This document shows positions 63,454 to 64,000 of a stretch of DNA of 64,000 nucleotides, in pieces. The stretch covers positions 85,661 to 149,660 of the forward strand of contig JBAROK010000099.1 of NCBI GenBank assembly GCA_049642065.1, in the 5' to 3' direction. Made by a program: the position numbers and the translations under genes. The notes beneath the pieces are model-generated. The model had not been told where the DNA came from. It saw only the letters and a program-made list of their open reading frames with translations, and made no database searches. Position 1 is the first letter of the stretch. Each line of letters starts with the position of its first letter. Source of the stretch: Candidatus Omnitrophota bacterium. Its GTDB lineage: Bacteria > Omnitrophota > Gorgyraeia > Tantalellales > Tantalellaceae.

Positions 63454-63660
63454 TCATATGCCCTTAAAGGGCTTTCCCTCTATAATTTCTCTAAGATTAT
63501 TTACGTCTTCTTCGGTATATTCTCTATACCCATTTATGGGGTTTCTCCGTGGATCCGGGAAAATACCCTTCTTTTCATAATTGATTACCGTACCGCGATA
63601 CAGGCCAAGACTATCAGCTACCTGCTGTACAGTATACTTTTTCAATCCTCTAGCTATCAT
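63454..63660 (-). CDS. small MerR/excisionase-type helix-turn-helix DNA-binding protein (68 aa)
   Basis: YTVQQVADSLGLYRGTVINYEKKGIF matches the MerR-family HTH. Own promoter TTGACA-17-TATACT and AAGAGGT RBS upstream. Confidence 0.6.
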   Translation of the reverse strand: MIARGLKKYTVQQVADSLGLYRGTVINYEKKGIFPDPRRNPINGYREYTEEDVNNLREIIEGKPFKGI

Positions 63661-63846
63661 ATATACCTCTTGTTCTAGTTTGAAGTGCTTTATATGGGTT
63701 TATATACCTTTAATCAACCTTGTACAAGTATACTCAAGTATGCCTAACTTGTCAAGCATCACTATAATTTTTTTATATATATAATAATAAAAACCCCGGT
63801 CTGTTAGGGGCCGGAGTCAGGGAAAGCTCTGTTAAGTACTGACTTT

Positions 63847-64000
63847 CTATTTAAGCGTGCTCTTGAAGTGCTCTGTAAGGCGCGGAATAACCTTGAAAAG
63901 GTCGTCTACTATGCCGTAAGTAGCGACACTAAAGATTGGAGCTTCGGGATCTTTATTAATGGCAACAATTATATCTGATGATTTCATGCCTATCAGGTGC
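63847..64000 (-). CDS. etfA: electron transfer flavoprotein alpha subunit, C-terminal fragment (gene continues beyond window)
   Basis: Minus-strand translation ...[42 protein letters not shown] matches the conserved EtfA C-terminal FAD-binding tail. Confidence 0.6.
   Translation of the reverse strand, partial: HLIGMKSSDIIVAINKDPEAPIFSVATYGIVDDLFKVIPRLTEHFKSTLK

Noticed and set aside
63781-63846. Possible terminator AAAAACCCCGGTCTGTTAGGGGCCGG between the MerR-like gene region and etfA
   Set aside because: Only a 4-bp CCCC/GGGG stem can be drawn, with a 9-nt loop. Too weak to call.
1-64000. CRISPR arrays, IS elements, integrases, prophage or other mobile-element signatures
   Set aside because: I scanned for regularly spaced direct repeats, transposase/integrase-like ORFs and terminal inverted repeats. 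None were seen. All large ORFs are accounted for by housekeeping functions or the giant gene.

Overview
This 64-kb window is a bacterial chromosome segment with very dense coding, almost entirely on the minus strand. The only clear plus-strand genes are a GAF-GGDEF diguanylate cyclase and a partial 5-prime-end fragment.

Most of the window is housekeeping. In order along the plus strand the genes are:
- tex, uvrB, nadC, rluB-like, valS, cimA.
- A thr operon (lysC, an ApgM-type metalloenzyme that is a putative homoserine kinase, thrC, hom).
- tRNA-Pro(GGG), gpsA, plsY, der, pgsA.
- A 22-kb co-directional array from recA through lepA-lepB: recA-recX-alaS, hisDBHAFI, trpEGDCFBA, ruvX, M16 and M50 peptidases, rpe, phosphohexomutase, lepA, lepB. 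Intergenic gaps are at most 44 bp and many start/stop codons overlap (ATGA or TAATG junctions).
- thpR, pncC, smc, a small MerR-like gene and the C-terminus of etfA.

The outstanding feature is one uninterrupted 14,157-nt ORF (44216..58372, minus strand) encoding a 4718-aa multi-pass membrane protein. Its domains, in order:
- an N-terminal uridine-kinase/PRK-like P-loop module;
- an extracytoplasmic segment with YD-repeat-like motifs, a clan GH-A (GH5 mannanase-like) glycoside-hydrolase core and a beta-rich Ig/FN3-like region;
- long helical cytoplasmic stretches;
- two internally duplicated protein-L-isoaspartate O-methyltransferase (PCMT)-like modules;
- a GHKL/anti-sigma-kinase-like ATPase module.
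The gene is transcribed divergently from the GGDEF gene. Giant composite proteins of this kind are best known from Omnitrophota-like nanobacteria; that affinity is my inference only.

Secondary items worth a second look:
- a solitary RelE/ParE-like toxin gene with an N-terminal extension, a perfect palindromic operator and no antitoxin;
- a three-gene mini-cassette of very small proteins headed by an AbrB/MazE/SpoVT-fold protein;
- a conserved CAAGTAT/ATACTTG-repeat operator shared by the promoters of that cassette and of the distant small MerR-like gene.

I saw no CRISPR arrays, transposases or integrases.
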